A stretch of 36,177 nt of DNA, from positions 1-36,177 of the forward strand of contig JAGOOZ010000002.1 of NCBI GenBank assembly GCA_017992215.1, written 5' to 3'. The position numbers were made by a program, and so were the translations under genes. Every line of letters starts with the position of its first letter. Positions within the stretch are counted from its first letter, which is position 1. A model generated the notes under the pieces. It was given only the letters and a program-made list of their open reading frames with translations, did not search any database and had not been told where the DNA came from. Shown here piece by piece: positions 1 through 9,520 of the stretch. The DNA is from Minisyncoccota bacterium (lineage in GTDB: Bacteria > Patescibacteriota > Minisyncoccia > Phycocordibacterales > UBA9973).

Positions 1-411
1 ACCACCCACACAAACAGAGATGCATCATATCTTATCTATAATACAACCACAACAAATGGCCCTCGTCTTAGTGTCTACTCAATGGCAAAAAACACAACAC
101 TCGACCTTGGGGTGTATGGACTTCCTGAAAAATGTGTCTGGAGTAACACACAAACAACGATTGTATATTGTGCACTTCCTGCTCTTTTCGTAGGAACAGC
201 ATATCCTGATTCATGGTACCAAGGGAAAACATCTTTTGATGATCGTTTTGTAAAAATAAACGCCGAAACAGGAATCGTAACACAAATAACAGAAGGTCAG
301 CATGTTGAACAAATAGACGCAATCGCACTCTCTCTCGATAAAACAGAAGACGCTCTTTTCTTCACAAACAAAAAAGACTCCACGCTTTGGAGTCTCTCTC
401 TTACACAGTAG
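1..411 (+). CDS. hypothetical protein, C-terminal fragment (frame open from window start)
   Basis: Frame 1 has no stop from base 1 to the TAG at 409-411. The listed ORF 82..411 is only an internal Met. No family motif recognised. Confidence 0.45.
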   Translation, partial: TTHTNRDASYLIYNTTTTNGPRLSVYSMAKNTTLDLGVYGLPEKCVWSNTQTTIVYCALPALFVGTAYPDSWYQGKTSFDDRFVKINAETGIVTQITEGQHVEQIDAIALSLDKTEDALFFTNKKDSTLWSLSLTQ

Positions 412-874
412 GGGAACCCTCACTACCAATATATCTGATTACCACATGACGATCAGACCCAACACCCTCTGATTCTGTTTGTAGGTCATTTTGATCCTGA
501 AGAAACATGTGGACAATACGTCGCTCAAAAGCTGACATTGGATCAATAGAAATACTACTTTTAAAATATCGAGCTCGTTCTGCCATCATGTGAGCCGTTG
601 CCCGCAATGCATCAAATTGCTTTTTTTGATATCCATTAATATCTACAAAAATACGAGTGGACTCTTCTTCGTTTATTGTTTTTTCTGCCATTTTTCGCAC
701 AAGGTGATTAAGAGAACGGAGTGTCTCTCCATCTCGACCAATTAAATATCGAGAATCTGGTGTTTCAACAGAAAACCAAACCATAGGACCATCTTCTACA
801 CATTCACACGAAGAAAGGGTGCTGTTTGTGTATAAAAATATATCTTCAATTATTTTCTTAACAGCATCTTTCAT
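401..874 (-). CDS. jag: Jag/KhpB-type RNA-binding protein (KH plus R3H domains)
   Basis: 157 aa with a KH-like segment (YLIGRDGETLRSLNHLV) and a C-terminal R3H-like segment (FERRIVHMFLQ). It lies directly downstream of yidC, as in the conserved rnpA-yidC-jag cluster. Confidence 0.85.
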   Translation of the reverse strand: MKDAVKKIIEDIFLYTNSTLSSCECVEDGPMVWFSVETPDSRYLIGRDGETLRSLNHLVRKMAEKTINEEESTRIFVDINGYQKKQFDALRATAHMMAERARYFKSSISIDPMSAFERRIVHMFLQDQNDLQTESEGVGSDRHVVIRYIGSEGSPTV

Positions 875-877
875 ATA

Positions 878-1609
878 TTAATTATTTGAAACAAGAGATT
901 TTCGAACATACCACTCTTGTACAATCGTAAAGACATTACTTACCACCCAATAGAGAGCAACCGCCGCAGAGATTTGATAGGCAATAAACGCAACAAAGAC
1001 AGGAAGTACGTAGCGAATATTTAATTGCATACTGTCAGCAAGTTGCTCTTGGAATGTTTTTGGTTCATCAACAACAGCAACAACCTCAATCTTCTTCTTT
1101 GTAGGGTGAGAAAGGTATCCTTGTATAAACTGTGAAATACCCGCAAGGAGAGCCAGGACAATACTTTTACCATGAAGGTCCACGAGTCCCAGGAATTGTG
1201 TACTAAGCACCTCTGGAGCGTGTATAAACGAATAAAGAGGTGTTGTATCAAAAGAAAGACCTCGATAAAAAACATAATACAATGCAAAAATAACCGGAAG
1301 CTGAAGAAGAACAATAAGACAGCCTGAAAATGGATTTACATTGTTTTTCTTATACAACTCAAGTGTTTTTTGGGCTTGCTGTTCCTTGGAAGGGTAATCT
1401 TTTTTGATTTGCTTTAATTCTCCCTCGAGTCGCTTCATTAAAACCTGACTTCGAATTGATTTTCTGGTCAGAGGAGCGAGAAAAATCTTAATAAGAATAG
1501 TGAGAACAATAATAGCAAAACCAACATCCCCGAACGTAACCGTGTTTATAATAAAAATAAGAGCATTATAAATAGGCTCATAAAAAATAGTGTTCCATAG
1601 TGTTGACAT
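878..1609 (-). CDS. yidC: membrane protein insertase YidC (short form)
   Basis: 243 aa polytopic membrane protein with synteny rpmH-rnpA-yidD-yidC. YidC/Oxa1-like core (PLTRKS..Q..MK..QP....IKKKY, NP..GCLP.L.Q.P pattern). Confidence 0.9.
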   Translation of the reverse strand: MSTLWNTIFYEPIYNALIFIINTVTFGDVGFAIIVLTILIKIFLAPLTRKSIRSQVLMKRLEGELKQIKKDYPSKEQQAQKTLELYKKNNVNPFSGCLIVLLQLPVIFALYYVFYRGLSFDTTPLYSFIHAPEVLSTQFLGLVDLHGKSIVLALLAGISQFIQGYLSHPTKKKIEVVAVVDEPKTFQEQLADSMQLNIRYVLPVFVAFIAYQISAAVALYWVVSNVFTIVQEWYVRKSLVSNN

Positions 1610-1669
1610 TGGTCTATTGTAGCCTAAAAAATAACTTCTTCAAAGTTTATCCTTAAAAATAAGGCTTTT

Positions 1670-1876
1670 TTACTGAAGTGGATCAAAATGATTCTTCTGC
1701 CATGGATGGCACCTTGCAATTCTATAGAGACCCTTTAAAAAACCCCTTAAAAAACCATACTTTACCATTGCTTCTTTTGTGTATTCTGAGCATGTCGGAA
1801 CAAACATACATGAATAATGTGAGTTCAGTGGTAGTTTTTGATAGAAATTAATACAAAAAATTGCTATTTTAACCAT
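1670..1876 (-). CDS. yidD: membrane protein insertion efficiency factor YidD
   Basis: 68 aa with the PTCSEY and RCHPW motifs typical of YidD. It lies between rnpA and yidC. Confidence 0.9.
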   Translation of the reverse strand: MVKIAIFCINFYQKLPLNSHYSCMFVPTCSEYTKEAMVKYGFLRGFLKGLYRIARCHPWQKNHFDPLQ

Positions 1877-1879
1877 GTT

Positions 1880-2197
1880 TTATAAACGTATTTTAGAAAT
1901 AAGCATACCTAAATCATGCCGTATTTCTTCTGAAGAAGCGTTAATTCCTTCTTTTTTATAAAAAAACAGGAGTGTTGCAGGGGGGAGTGTGAGTGTGCGA
2001 ATAGCATTATATCCTTTTCTCCTAAGGGAATTTCGTTTAACTGCCCGTTTTGCAAGGCTTTTTGGAACAACCATAGCACAAAGAGATTCTACCGAGGGGG
2101 TATAACGCAACAAAAAAAGCGGACTAGAGAGTATCTTTCCGTTTTTCAACACAGAGAGAAATAACTCTTTTGTAACACGCTTTTTTTTAGAAATCAT
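1880..2197 (-). CDS. rnpA: ribonuclease P protein component
   Basis: Basic protein immediately downstream of rpmH. I prefer the ATG at 2195-2197 (MISKKKRV...). The track start at 2210-2212 is a TTG that would overlap the rpmH stop. Confidence 0.85.
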   Translation of the reverse strand: MISKKKRVTKELFLSVLKNGKILSSPLFLLRYTPSVESLCAMVVPKSLAKRAVKRNSLRRKGYNAIRTLTLPPATLLFFYKKEGINASSEEIRHDLGMLISKIRL

Positions 2198-2201
2198 TGT
2201 G

Positions 2202-2342
2202 TTATTTTGCAATAGAAACCTTTGTTCGGCCCTTTTGACGTCGGCGAGCAGTAACCTTTCTACCCCCAGGAGTCTTTGTACGACTGAGGAAACCGTGAGT
2301 TTTAGCCCTTTTTCGTTTGTTTGGGTTATATGTTTGAGACAT
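2202..2342 (-). CDS. rpmH: 50S ribosomal protein L34
   Basis: Below the ORF-track length cut-off. Hand translation from the minus-strand ATG (2340-2342) to TAA (2202-2204) gives [46 protein letters not shown], the L34 signature. Confidence 0.92.
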   Translation of the reverse strand: MSQTYNPNKRKRAKTHGFLSRTKTPGGRKVTARRRQKGRTKVSIAK

Positions 2343-2396
2343 AAGGAAAATATATACTATAATACTAAATAATGCAATATAATGGGGGTGTTAACA

Positions 2397-2405
2397 CTAT
2401 CCACA
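2397..2405 (+). promoter_or_regulatory. DnaA-box-like 9-mer in the rpmH-dnaA spacer
   Basis: CTATCCACA, one mismatch from TTATCCACA, in the AT-rich 172-bp spacer upstream of dnaA. Confidence 0.4.
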
Positions 2406-2514
2406 GGTTATTAACAGGTTAATCCAGATGTTTGATTATAGGGAGTTTTTAAATCAGAGTATACTGTAGTGTACACATATTATATAGGAGATTATTATCT
2501 AAAATACTATCAGA

Positions 2515-3861
2515 ATGAACACAAAAGAACTTTGGAACAACTGCCTCTCAGAAATCGAAACAGGTATTTCAAAAGCAAACTTTACAACATGGTTTAAAAA
2601 TACCTCTATTGTAAAAGAAGAAGGGGGGACTGTATATATTGGAGTCCCAAATGAATTTGTAAAAGACTGGCTCTATAATAAATTCCATAAAATGATAGTT
2701 AAGACACTTATGGGATATGAAGAAAACATTCGAAGTGTTGAATATATCATTCACAAACACGATCATACTACAAAAAGAAATGATGATATTGTTTCTTCTA
2801 TTCCTCTTAACAAAGAACTTCCACTCAACGACCTCTACACAAACAAAGAAGATAATCTAAATCCTAAATATACCTTCAACTCTTTTGTTGTTGGGCCATT
2901 CAACGAACTCGCATACGCAGTGGCACAAGCAATTATTGCAAATCCAGGACATAACTATAATCCATTTTTTGTATATGGAGGAACAGGACTTGGAAAAACT
3001 CACATGATTCAATCAATAGGGAATACGATCAAACAAAATTATCCCTCAAAAAAGATTTATTATGTAAGTCTTGAGCGTTTTACTATTGATTATGTAAACT
3101 CACTTGCAAACAAAAACCCAAATTCATTCAAAGAAAAATATAGAAAATATGACGTTATTATTATGGATGATATTCAATTCATTTCAGGTAAAGACCGAAC
3201 ACAAGAAGAGCTTTTCCATTTATTTAACACACTCTATGAGTCAAATAAACAAATTATTTTCTCCTCGGATAAACATCCTAATTTTATCCAAGGGTTAGAA
3301 GAGCGTCTTCAGTCTCGTTTTGCGTCTGGTATGACTGTTCAAATAACTGAACCTGATTATGAATCTCGTATTGCTATCATTAAAGCTAAATTTGAATCAA
3401 CAAATTGTATTATTGAACCAGAAATTGTTTCATACCTTGCAGAAACACTTGAAGGAAACATCCGTGAACTTGAGGGGAGTCTCAACACTGTTGTAATGCA
3501 ATCTCAGCTTAAAAATAAATCACTTTCTCTTACAGAAGTAAAAGCACTTATTAAAAACAACATAAAACCTAAGAAAACTGTTGCAATTAAAGATATTGTT
3601 CAAACAATATCTGCATATTACAACATAACAGAAGAAACTATTTACGAAAAAACACGACGAAAAGAAATTGTGAGAGCTCGTCAGGTGATTATGTATATAT
3701 TACGAGAAGATTTTAACATCTCATACCCACTCATTGGACAAAAAATGGGGGGGAGAGACCACACAACAGTTATTCACTCTCATTTAAAGATTAAAGATGA
3801 TTTAAAGACAGACCCTTCATTATTACAAGAAATAGAGAAGATACGGATATTGTTTAAATAG
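2515..3861 (+). CDS. dnaA: chromosomal replication initiator DnaA
   Basis: 448 aa with Walker A (GGTGLGKTH), an AAA+ core, and a C-terminal DNA-binding helix region (GGRDHTTVIHS). Confidence 0.97.
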   Translation: MNTKELWNNCLSEIETGISKANFTTWFKNTSIVKEEGGTVYIGVPNEFVKDWLYNKFHKMIVKTLMGYEENIRSVEYIIHKHDHTTKRNDDIVSSIPLNKELPLNDLYTNKEDNLNPKYTFNSFVVGPFNELAYAVAQAIIANPGHNYNPFFVYGGTGLGKTHMIQSIGNTIKQNYPSKKIYYVSLERFTIDYVNSLANKNPNSFKEKYRKYDVIIMDDIQFISGKDRTQEELFHLFNTLYESNKQIIFSSDKHPNFIQGLEERLQSRFASGMTVQITEPDYESRIAIIKAKFESTNCIIEPEIVSYLAETLEGNIRELEGSLNTVVMQSQLKNKSLSLTEVKALIKNNIKPKKTVAIKDIVQTISAYYNITEETIYEKTRRKEIVRARQVIMYILREDFNISYPLIGQKMGGRDHTTVIHSHLKIKDDLKTDPSLLQEIEKIRILFK

Positions 3862-3862
3862 A

Positions 3863-4031
3863 TATGGATAACCCTGTGGAAAACATATGTATATAAAAAA
3901 TAAAAATGTGTATAAAATATCTTTTTTTAAAAAATATCCACATCATACACAAACAATACCAACCACACGAAATATGTTTTTATAAAAAACCCTTATCTGT
4001 AAAATGTAAAAAAGTAATCCACATATCCACA
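3863..4031. promoter_or_regulatory. candidate oriC: DnaA-box cluster in the dnaA-dnaN spacer
   Basis: Five DnaA-box-like 9-mers in a very AT-rich 216-bp spacer: TATGGATAA 3863-3871, TGTGGAAAA 3875-3883, ATATCCACA 3934-3942, TAATCCACA 4015-4023, ATATCCACA 4023-4031. Confidence 0.6.
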
Positions 4032-4077
4032 GGAATAATAGTAATAATAATTTATTAATAGATAATATACACATACA

Positions 4078-5175
4078 ATGAAACTAGAATGCTCAATTGA
4101 AAAAATAAGAAATGCACTTACTACCGTAGAGAGACTCACAGGTAAGAATCTTACACTTCCTGTATTAGGAAGTGTTCTTTGGGTTGCAACAGGTAAGACA
4201 CTTAAATTAAGAGCTACAAATCTTAGTGTAGGTATAGAAATAGATGTTGATGCAAAAATAGAAAAAGAAGGTGTTGTTGCTATTAAGGGTAATATTCTTC
4301 CTTCTCTTTTTGCTGTATTGTCTGGTGACTCAAAGGTTTCATTTGAACTTATTAATGATAATCTTTCTGTGAAAACAAAAACAAGTACAATACTCTTGAA
4401 GAGTATTTCTCATGAAGATTTTCCAACGATTCCAATTGTTTCAGGTGATCAGTGTGAAATTCCAGTAAAAAAGTTTATTGAAGGTCTCAAGGCTGTGTAT
4501 TATAGTGCTTCTCTTTCAGAGATAAAACCAGAGATAGGAAGTATTTATATTTATCCAGAGGATGATATGTTGGTATTTGTTGCCACAGATTCATTTCGAC
4601 TTGCTGAGAAAAAAATAAAAATTAAACAAAAACTTACATTTACTGGTATTCTTATTCCCCTTAAAAACACCGTTGAATTAATTAAAGTTTTTGATGATAG
4701 TACCGAGGATGTTGTTATTACACTTCAAAAAAATCAGATTTCATTTAAAACAAACACTATTTACTTTACCTCACGTGTTGTTGATGGTAATTTCCCAGAC
4801 TACAAACAAATCATTCCTAAAAAATCAACAACAGAAGCAGTTATTTTGAAACAAGATTTTATTTCATCTTTAAAGATATCAAATATTTTTACAGACAAAT
4901 TAAACCAAGTAACATTTACAATAAATCCTAGCGATAAGATTTTTGAAATAGAATCAAAAAATTCTGATATTGGAGAAAATACAACCTTTGTTTCAGGTTC
5001 ATTTACAGGAGAAGAGGTTGTTGCTCACTTTAATTATAAATATATTCTTGATTGTTTTAATTCAATTAGTGGTGATAGTCTTAAAATAGAATTAAATGGA
5101 AATAATAAACCAATGATTTTGCGAACAGTTGGGGATGTTTCATTTATGTATTTAGTAATGCCTATGAACAGGTAA
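4078..5175 (+). CDS. dnaN: DNA polymerase III beta sliding clamp
   Basis: 365 aa with the three-domain clamp length. Follows dnaA. C-terminal MPMR-type ending (LVMPMNR). Confidence 0.95.
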   Translation: MKLECSIEKIRNALTTVERLTGKNLTLPVLGSVLWVATGKTLKLRATNLSVGIEIDVDAKIEKEGVVAIKGNILPSLFAVLSGDSKVSFELINDNLSVKTKTSTILLKSISHEDFPTIPIVSGDQCEIPVKKFIEGLKAVYYSASLSEIKPEIGSIYIYPEDDMLVFVATDSFRLAEKKIKIKQKLTFTGILIPLKNTVELIKVFDDSTEDVVITLQKNQISFKTNTIYFTSRVVDGNFPDYKQIIPKKSTTEAVILKQDFISSLKISNIFTDKLNQVTFTINPSDKIFEIESKNSDIGENTTFVSGSFTGEEVVAHFNYKYILDCFNSISGDSLKIELNGNNKPMILRTVGDVSFMYLVMPMNR

Positions 5176-5180
5176 TACAT

Positions 5181-5444
5181 ATGGAGTACGGACATATTTC
5201 AAGTTTTCTTGAAAGAATAAAAAATCTCGTCTCTCGTGGTGATGAGACACGTCTTTATATTAAAGACACCATATCTACACATATAGGTTTTACTATCGAC
5301 AGTGAGGCTATTACGCTTGATAAGGGTATTATACGAGTCGCAGTCTCACCACTCGTGAAGAATGAAATCTTTATGCGAAAAGAAAAAATACTTTTAGAGA
5401 TAAATACACACCTCACAGATAAAACATATAGAGATATCGTATAG
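5181..5444 (+). CDS. DUF721 (DciA-like) small protein
   Basis: 87 aa with the pattern KGIIRVAVSPLVKNEIFMRKEKILLEIN, which resembles the DUF721 core (G.L.v.v.s..w..el......il..l). The position after dnaN is typical for this family. Confidence 0.5.
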   Translation: MEYGHISSFLERIKNLVSRGDETRLYIKDTISTHIGFTIDSEAITLDKGIIRVAVSPLVKNEIFMRKEKILLEINTHLTDKTYRDIV

Positions 5445-5447
5445 TTG

Positions 5448-7961
5448 TTATAATTCTACACTAAAATAAAACTCTGATTCTTCAACTTCTCCATTTTCAT
5501 TATATGCAACAATTCGAATTGAGTTATTTTTCTGAGTAAGACCAAGGTTTGATACGGGCACTGTATAAGAGAACGGTGATTGTTTGAGTGAGGTACTATA
5601 TGAATTATTGATATAGATATCTATTTTTTGAATACGAGATGTTTGAGTTCTTGGTGAGATAGAAAACGCAAGGTTTTGATTTTTTGTGTATGGTGTTTCA
5701 CTTATTCCTTGTACATCAAAATACGGAAGTGTATCTCCTGTATGAATAGTGTCATATCGTGTTGGTTTATCAGCGAGACTTATTGTTTTATAGTTTTGCT
5801 TGTGTGTATTCCACCAAGACAAAACACCATACTCCCAGTTTTTAAATTGAGAATCTTTCTGTGGATTTGTAGGGCGTGGACCTTGTGGATTATTTTTATC
5901 TATCCAATATAAAATTGTATGCACATTTGTAATGGATATTTCTTTTCTTTTATTTTTTGGGGTAAATTCTGTTGCAAGATTTCCTGAAATTGAATCAATA
6001 GTAAAGGTATCTCCTCCTTGCCAGAAACCACGAAGAACAGGTGGAAGTGTTTCGTCTATTGGGTCAGGTGTATTAAAAGATTCAGAGGGTATACCCACAA
6101 GTGCTTCTTGTATTACTTGGTTCCAGATAGGACCAGCAAGCGCAGCACCACCTTTTTTCATTGGGGTATTATCATTGTTTCCAACCCAGACACCCACAGT
6201 GACATATGGAGTGTATCCTATCGTCCAGGCGTCTCTGTTGTTGTTCGTGGTACCTGTTTTTACAGCAACATCATGACCTGGAACAACGAGCGGTGAATTT
6301 GCCCCAAATGTTGGTGTTCGAGCTTTATTATCAGAAAGAATATCAGAAAGAATTCGAGTCGTATTTTCTTGTAATACCTGGTATGGTCGAGGTTCGTATG
6401 TTTCAAGAATAGTTCCTGTTGAATCCTTTATTTCAAGAATTGATTGGTGTGGATTCCGAATACCATTATTTGCAAAGACACTATATACAGATGTCATGTC
6501 GAGAAGTGTTGTTTCACCGCCTCCAATAACAAGAGAGAGTCCATATCTGTCTGGTTCTGTAAGTGTTGTAATACCGAGGTCATGTGCGAGTTTAATAGAA
6601 TCTTGTACCCCCACAAGATAGAGTAATTTTACGGCGATAATGTTGATAGACTGAGCAAGTCCATCTCGAAGTGTCATTGGACCACGAAATGCATTATCAT
6701 AATTGTCTGGCATATAACAATCTGCATTTTTATTTTCAGGTACACCAAGAGGGCTACATGAAGAATTAAATTCTGTTTTTACATCAAAAAGGGTTGTTTG
6801 TTCTGTGTACCCATCCTCAAATGCTCGAGCAAAGATAATAGGTTTAAATGATGACCCTGGTTGTCGTTGTGCTGTTGCTACGTTGAAGTTTCCATCAACT
6901 GTTTTGTCGAAATAGTTACGAGACCCAACCATAGATCTAATATGTCCTGTTTTAGGGTCAATAACAACAATTGCAGTGTTCTTGCCGTTCCATTCTTTTT
7001 CGTTTACTGTTGCTTTTTCAAGGGCAATAGCTTCTGTTTTTTTCTGGAGTTCATAATCAAGTGTTGTGATAACGGTGAGCCCACCAGCATCAAGTGTTTC
7101 TGGTCCGTATTTTTGTTCAAGGTATTCTTTTACAAAAAATACAAAATGAGGGGCCGCAATATGAAGAGGTGATGCAGGGAGAAATGTTACTGTTTCTTTT
7201 ACCGCACTGTCGTGTTCTTCTTGTGTAATAAATTTTAAATCAAGCATTCTTTTAAGTACGAGATTTTTTCTGTCATCAAGGCGCGCTTTGTTTTTACCGT
7301 ATGGTGAATAATACGTAGGTCCGTTTGGAATCGCTGCCATATATGCTGATTCTGCAAGTGTCATATCTTTCGGTTCTTTACCAAAGAATGCTTTTGATGC
7401 TTCAGCGATACCATAAATATTTCCACCATATGGAGCCTCATTTAGGTACAGAGCTAAAATATCATCCTTAGTCATTACTCGCTCAAGTTTTATTGCAAGA
7501 ATCCATTCTTTTATTTTACGAGTTAATGAGCGCTTGTTGGTGAGAAGTGTATTTTTGATAAGCTGTTGAGTAATCGTTGATCCACCTTGAACACGTCGTC
7601 CTGTAATTTTTGCCCATACCGTTGCACGAATAATAGAGGTAATACGAATACCTTTGTGTTGATAGAACTCAGAGTCTTCAATAGCAACGGTTGCATTTTT
7701 AATAGATACACCCATATCTTCATAGGGGATAATTGTGCGTTTGATATCTTGGTGTACATCATAAAGGAGTATTTTACCCGTATTGTCGTATATTTTTGTT
7801 GAGCTTTGAACTTTTCGTTCAGTAAATGATTTAAAATCAGGAAGTGTGAGTGTTGTAATCCAGATAACAAACACCCCTGCACAGATAATTCCAACCCCAA
7901 GAATAAGAAAAATCCAACTTTCTCGAGGGTGGTTTTTAAAATAGGAAATAAATTTATTCAT
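5448..7961 (-). CDS. bifunctional penicillin-binding protein 1A (glycosyltransferase plus transpeptidase)
   Basis: 837 aa with an N-terminal TM helix, a GT51 motif (EDSEFYQHKGI), transpeptidase SxxK (GSSFKP) and KTGTT. Carries a roughly 200-aa C-terminal extension of unknown fold. Confidence 0.9.
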   Translation of the reverse strand: MNKFISYFKNHPRESWIFLILGVGIICAGVFVIWITTLTLPDFKSFTERKVQSSTKIYDNTGKILLYDVHQDIKRTIIPYEDMGVSIKNATVAIEDSEFYQHKGIRITSIIRATVWAKITGRRVQGGSTITQQLIKNTLLTNKRSLTRKIKEWILAIKLERVMTKDDILALYLNEAPYGGNIYGIAEASKAFFGKEPKDMTLAESAYMAAIPNGPTYYSPYGKNKARLDDRKNLVLKRMLDLKFITQEEHDSAVKETVTFLPASPLHIAAPHFVFFVKEYLEQKYGPETLDAGGLTVITTLDYELQKKTEAIALEKATVNEKEWNGKNTAIVVIDPKTGHIRSMVGSRNYFDKTVDGNFNVATAQRQPGSSFKPIIFARAFEDGYTEQTTLFDVKTEFNSSCSPLGVPENKNADCYMPDNYDNAFRGPMTLRDGLAQSINIIAVKLLYLVGVQDSIKLAHDLGITTLTEPDRYGLSLVIGGGETTLLDMTSVYSVFANNGIRNPHQSILEIKDSTGTILETYEPRPYQVLQENTTRILSDILSDNKARTPTFGANSPLVVPGHDVAVKTGTTNNNRDAWTIGYTPYVTVGVWVGNNDNTPMKKGGAALAGPIWNQVIQEALVGIPSESFNTPDPIDETLPPVLRGFWQGGDTFTIDSISGNLATEFTPKNKRKEISITNVHTILYWIDKNNPQGPRPTNPQKDSQFKNWEYGVLSWWNTHKQNYKTISLADKPTRYDTIHTGDTLPYFDVQGISETPYTKNQNLAFSISPRTQTSRIQKIDIYINNSYSTSLKQSPFSYTVPVSNLGLTQKNNSIRIVAYNENGEVEESEFYFSVEL

Positions 7962-8027
7962 ATAGATAATAGTACCACACGAAAGTGTGATACGGACAAA
8001 GTGGGATAAATATGATAAAGTGTAAAA

Positions 8028-9215
8028 ATGAACAGTGAAACACAGAATGAATTACTCATACGGGGTATTGCAAATATATATCCAAGCAAAGAGTACGTTG
8101 AGGCTCGTATTCTTCGTGGTGAAAAACTCACTATCTATCTCGGCATTGACCCAACAGGCCCAACGCTCCATCTCGGGAATGCGATTCCACTCAAAAAACT
8201 TGCTGATTTTCAAAAAGCAGGACATAAAGTTATCCTTTTGATTGGTGATTTTACCGCGATGATTGGAGATCCAGACAAGCTATCTGCTCGGGTACCATTA
8301 ACCCGCAAGCAGGTTTTGTCTAACCTTAAAAATTACAAGAAACAGGCATCAAAACTTCTTTCTTTTTCGGGTAAAAACAAAGCAGAAATAAAATTCAACT
8401 CGAAATGGCTTTCAAAAATGAGATTTGAAGACGTACTTTCACTTGCATCACAGATGACTGTTTCTCAGATGCTTGAGCGAGATATGTTTAAGCGACGAAT
8501 AGAAGAACAAAAACCTATTTTTATTCATGAATTTATGTACCCCCTTATGCAGGGGTATGATAGTGTTGCGATGGATGTTGATGGTGAGATTGGTGGAAAT
8601 GATCAAACATTTAACATGCTTTGTGGAAGAAACCTACTAAAAACACTTAAAAACAAAGAAAAATTTGTTTTAACCATGAAGCTTCTTGAAGACAATAACG
8701 GAAAGAAGATGGGAAAGACAGAGGGCAATATGGTTGCTCTTTCTGATACACCAGAAGATATGTACGGAAAGGTAATGAGCTGGGCTGATAGTCTTATTGT
8801 GCCAGCACTAGAACTTTCAACAACTGTTTCTCTTTTAGAAATTGAAACGATGCGTGTGTCACTTGAAGACGGAACGCTTCACCCTCGTGACGCAAAAATG
8901 CGACTTGCTCGTGAGATAGTGTCTCTTTTTTACGATACAAAAAAAGCACAGAGTGCAGAAGATTCTTTTATTCAAACATTTAAAAATAATGCGACTCCAG
9001 AAGATATACTTACTGTTTCTGTAAAAGGACAGGCACTCCTCGTTGATATTCTCATTTCACATGCAATTGTTTCATCAAAAAGTGAGTTCGCTCGACTCGT
9101 AGAAGGTGGTGCGGTGACAAATCTCGACACACAAGAAAAAGTTTCAGACCCAAAAATAAAATCTATTCCTGGTTGTTATCGGGTGGGGAAGGCGCGATTT
9201 ATTAAAATTATATAA
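8028..9215 (+). CDS. tyrS: tyrosyl-tRNA synthetase
   Basis: 395 aa with a class I HIGH-type motif (PTGPTLHLGN), KMSKS-type KMGKT, and a C-terminal S4-like domain. Confidence 0.93.
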   Translation: MNSETQNELLIRGIANIYPSKEYVEARILRGEKLTIYLGIDPTGPTLHLGNAIPLKKLADFQKAGHKVILLIGDFTAMIGDPDKLSARVPLTRKQVLSNLKNYKKQASKLLSFSGKNKAEIKFNSKWLSKMRFEDVLSLASQMTVSQMLERDMFKRRIEEQKPIFIHEFMYPLMQGYDSVAMDVDGEIGGNDQTFNMLCGRNLLKTLKNKEKFVLTMKLLEDNNGKKMGKTEGNMVALSDTPEDMYGKVMSWADSLIVPALELSTTVSLLEIETMRVSLEDGTLHPRDAKMRLAREIVSLFYDTKKAQSAEDSFIQTFKNNATPEDILTVSVKGQALLVDILISHAIVSSKSEFARLVEGGAVTNLDTQEKVSDPKIKSIPGCYRVGKARFIKII

Positions 9216-9243
9216 AAAACCCCGAGTATGCTCGGGGTTTTTT
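9214..9243. terminator. bidirectional intrinsic terminator
   Basis: An A-tract, then CCCCGAG (9220-9226), loop TATG, CTCGGGG (9231-9237), then a T-tract. Lies between the convergent tyrS and the acidic ORF. Confidence 0.8.
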
Positions 9244-9252
9244 ATATAGAGA

Positions 9253-9429
9253 TTATAGGTAATCAACAGAACTTCCGTCGAGGCCAGCAAATTCTGCGGC
9301 TTCACTTTCTTCTTCTGGAAGTTCTTCCTCTTCGAGAAGTGAATCATCGAGTTCTTCGTCTTCAAGGTCGAGTTCTATTTCACTTTCAAGATCTTCTTCT
9401 TCTTTTATTTCTTCGTCATCGTAACTCAT
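9253..9429 (-). CDS. very acidic small protein (58 aa), function unknown
   Basis: MSYDDEEIKEEEDLESEIELDLEDEELDDSLLEEEELPEEESEAAEFAGLDGSSVDYL. Start moved to the ATG at 9427-9429. Ends 10 nt from the bidirectional terminator. Low complexity makes coding status uncertain. Confidence 0.4.
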   Translation of the reverse strand: MSYDDEEIKEEEDLESEIELDLEDEELDDSLLEEEELPEEESEAAEFAGLDGSSVDYL

Positions 9430-9520
9430 ATGTATGTTCGTACAAATAAAAAACAATTATTATAATGGATTATTTGTATCAAAATATTATTTTCTTTGCA
9501 ATACCCTAAAAACATATGTT

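Noticed and set aside
1640-1668. Small hairpin CCTTA-AAAA-TAAGG plus T-run between yidC and yidD
   Set aside because: It is oriented for the plus strand, where no gene is upstream. The 5-bp AT-rich stem is too weak to call a terminator.
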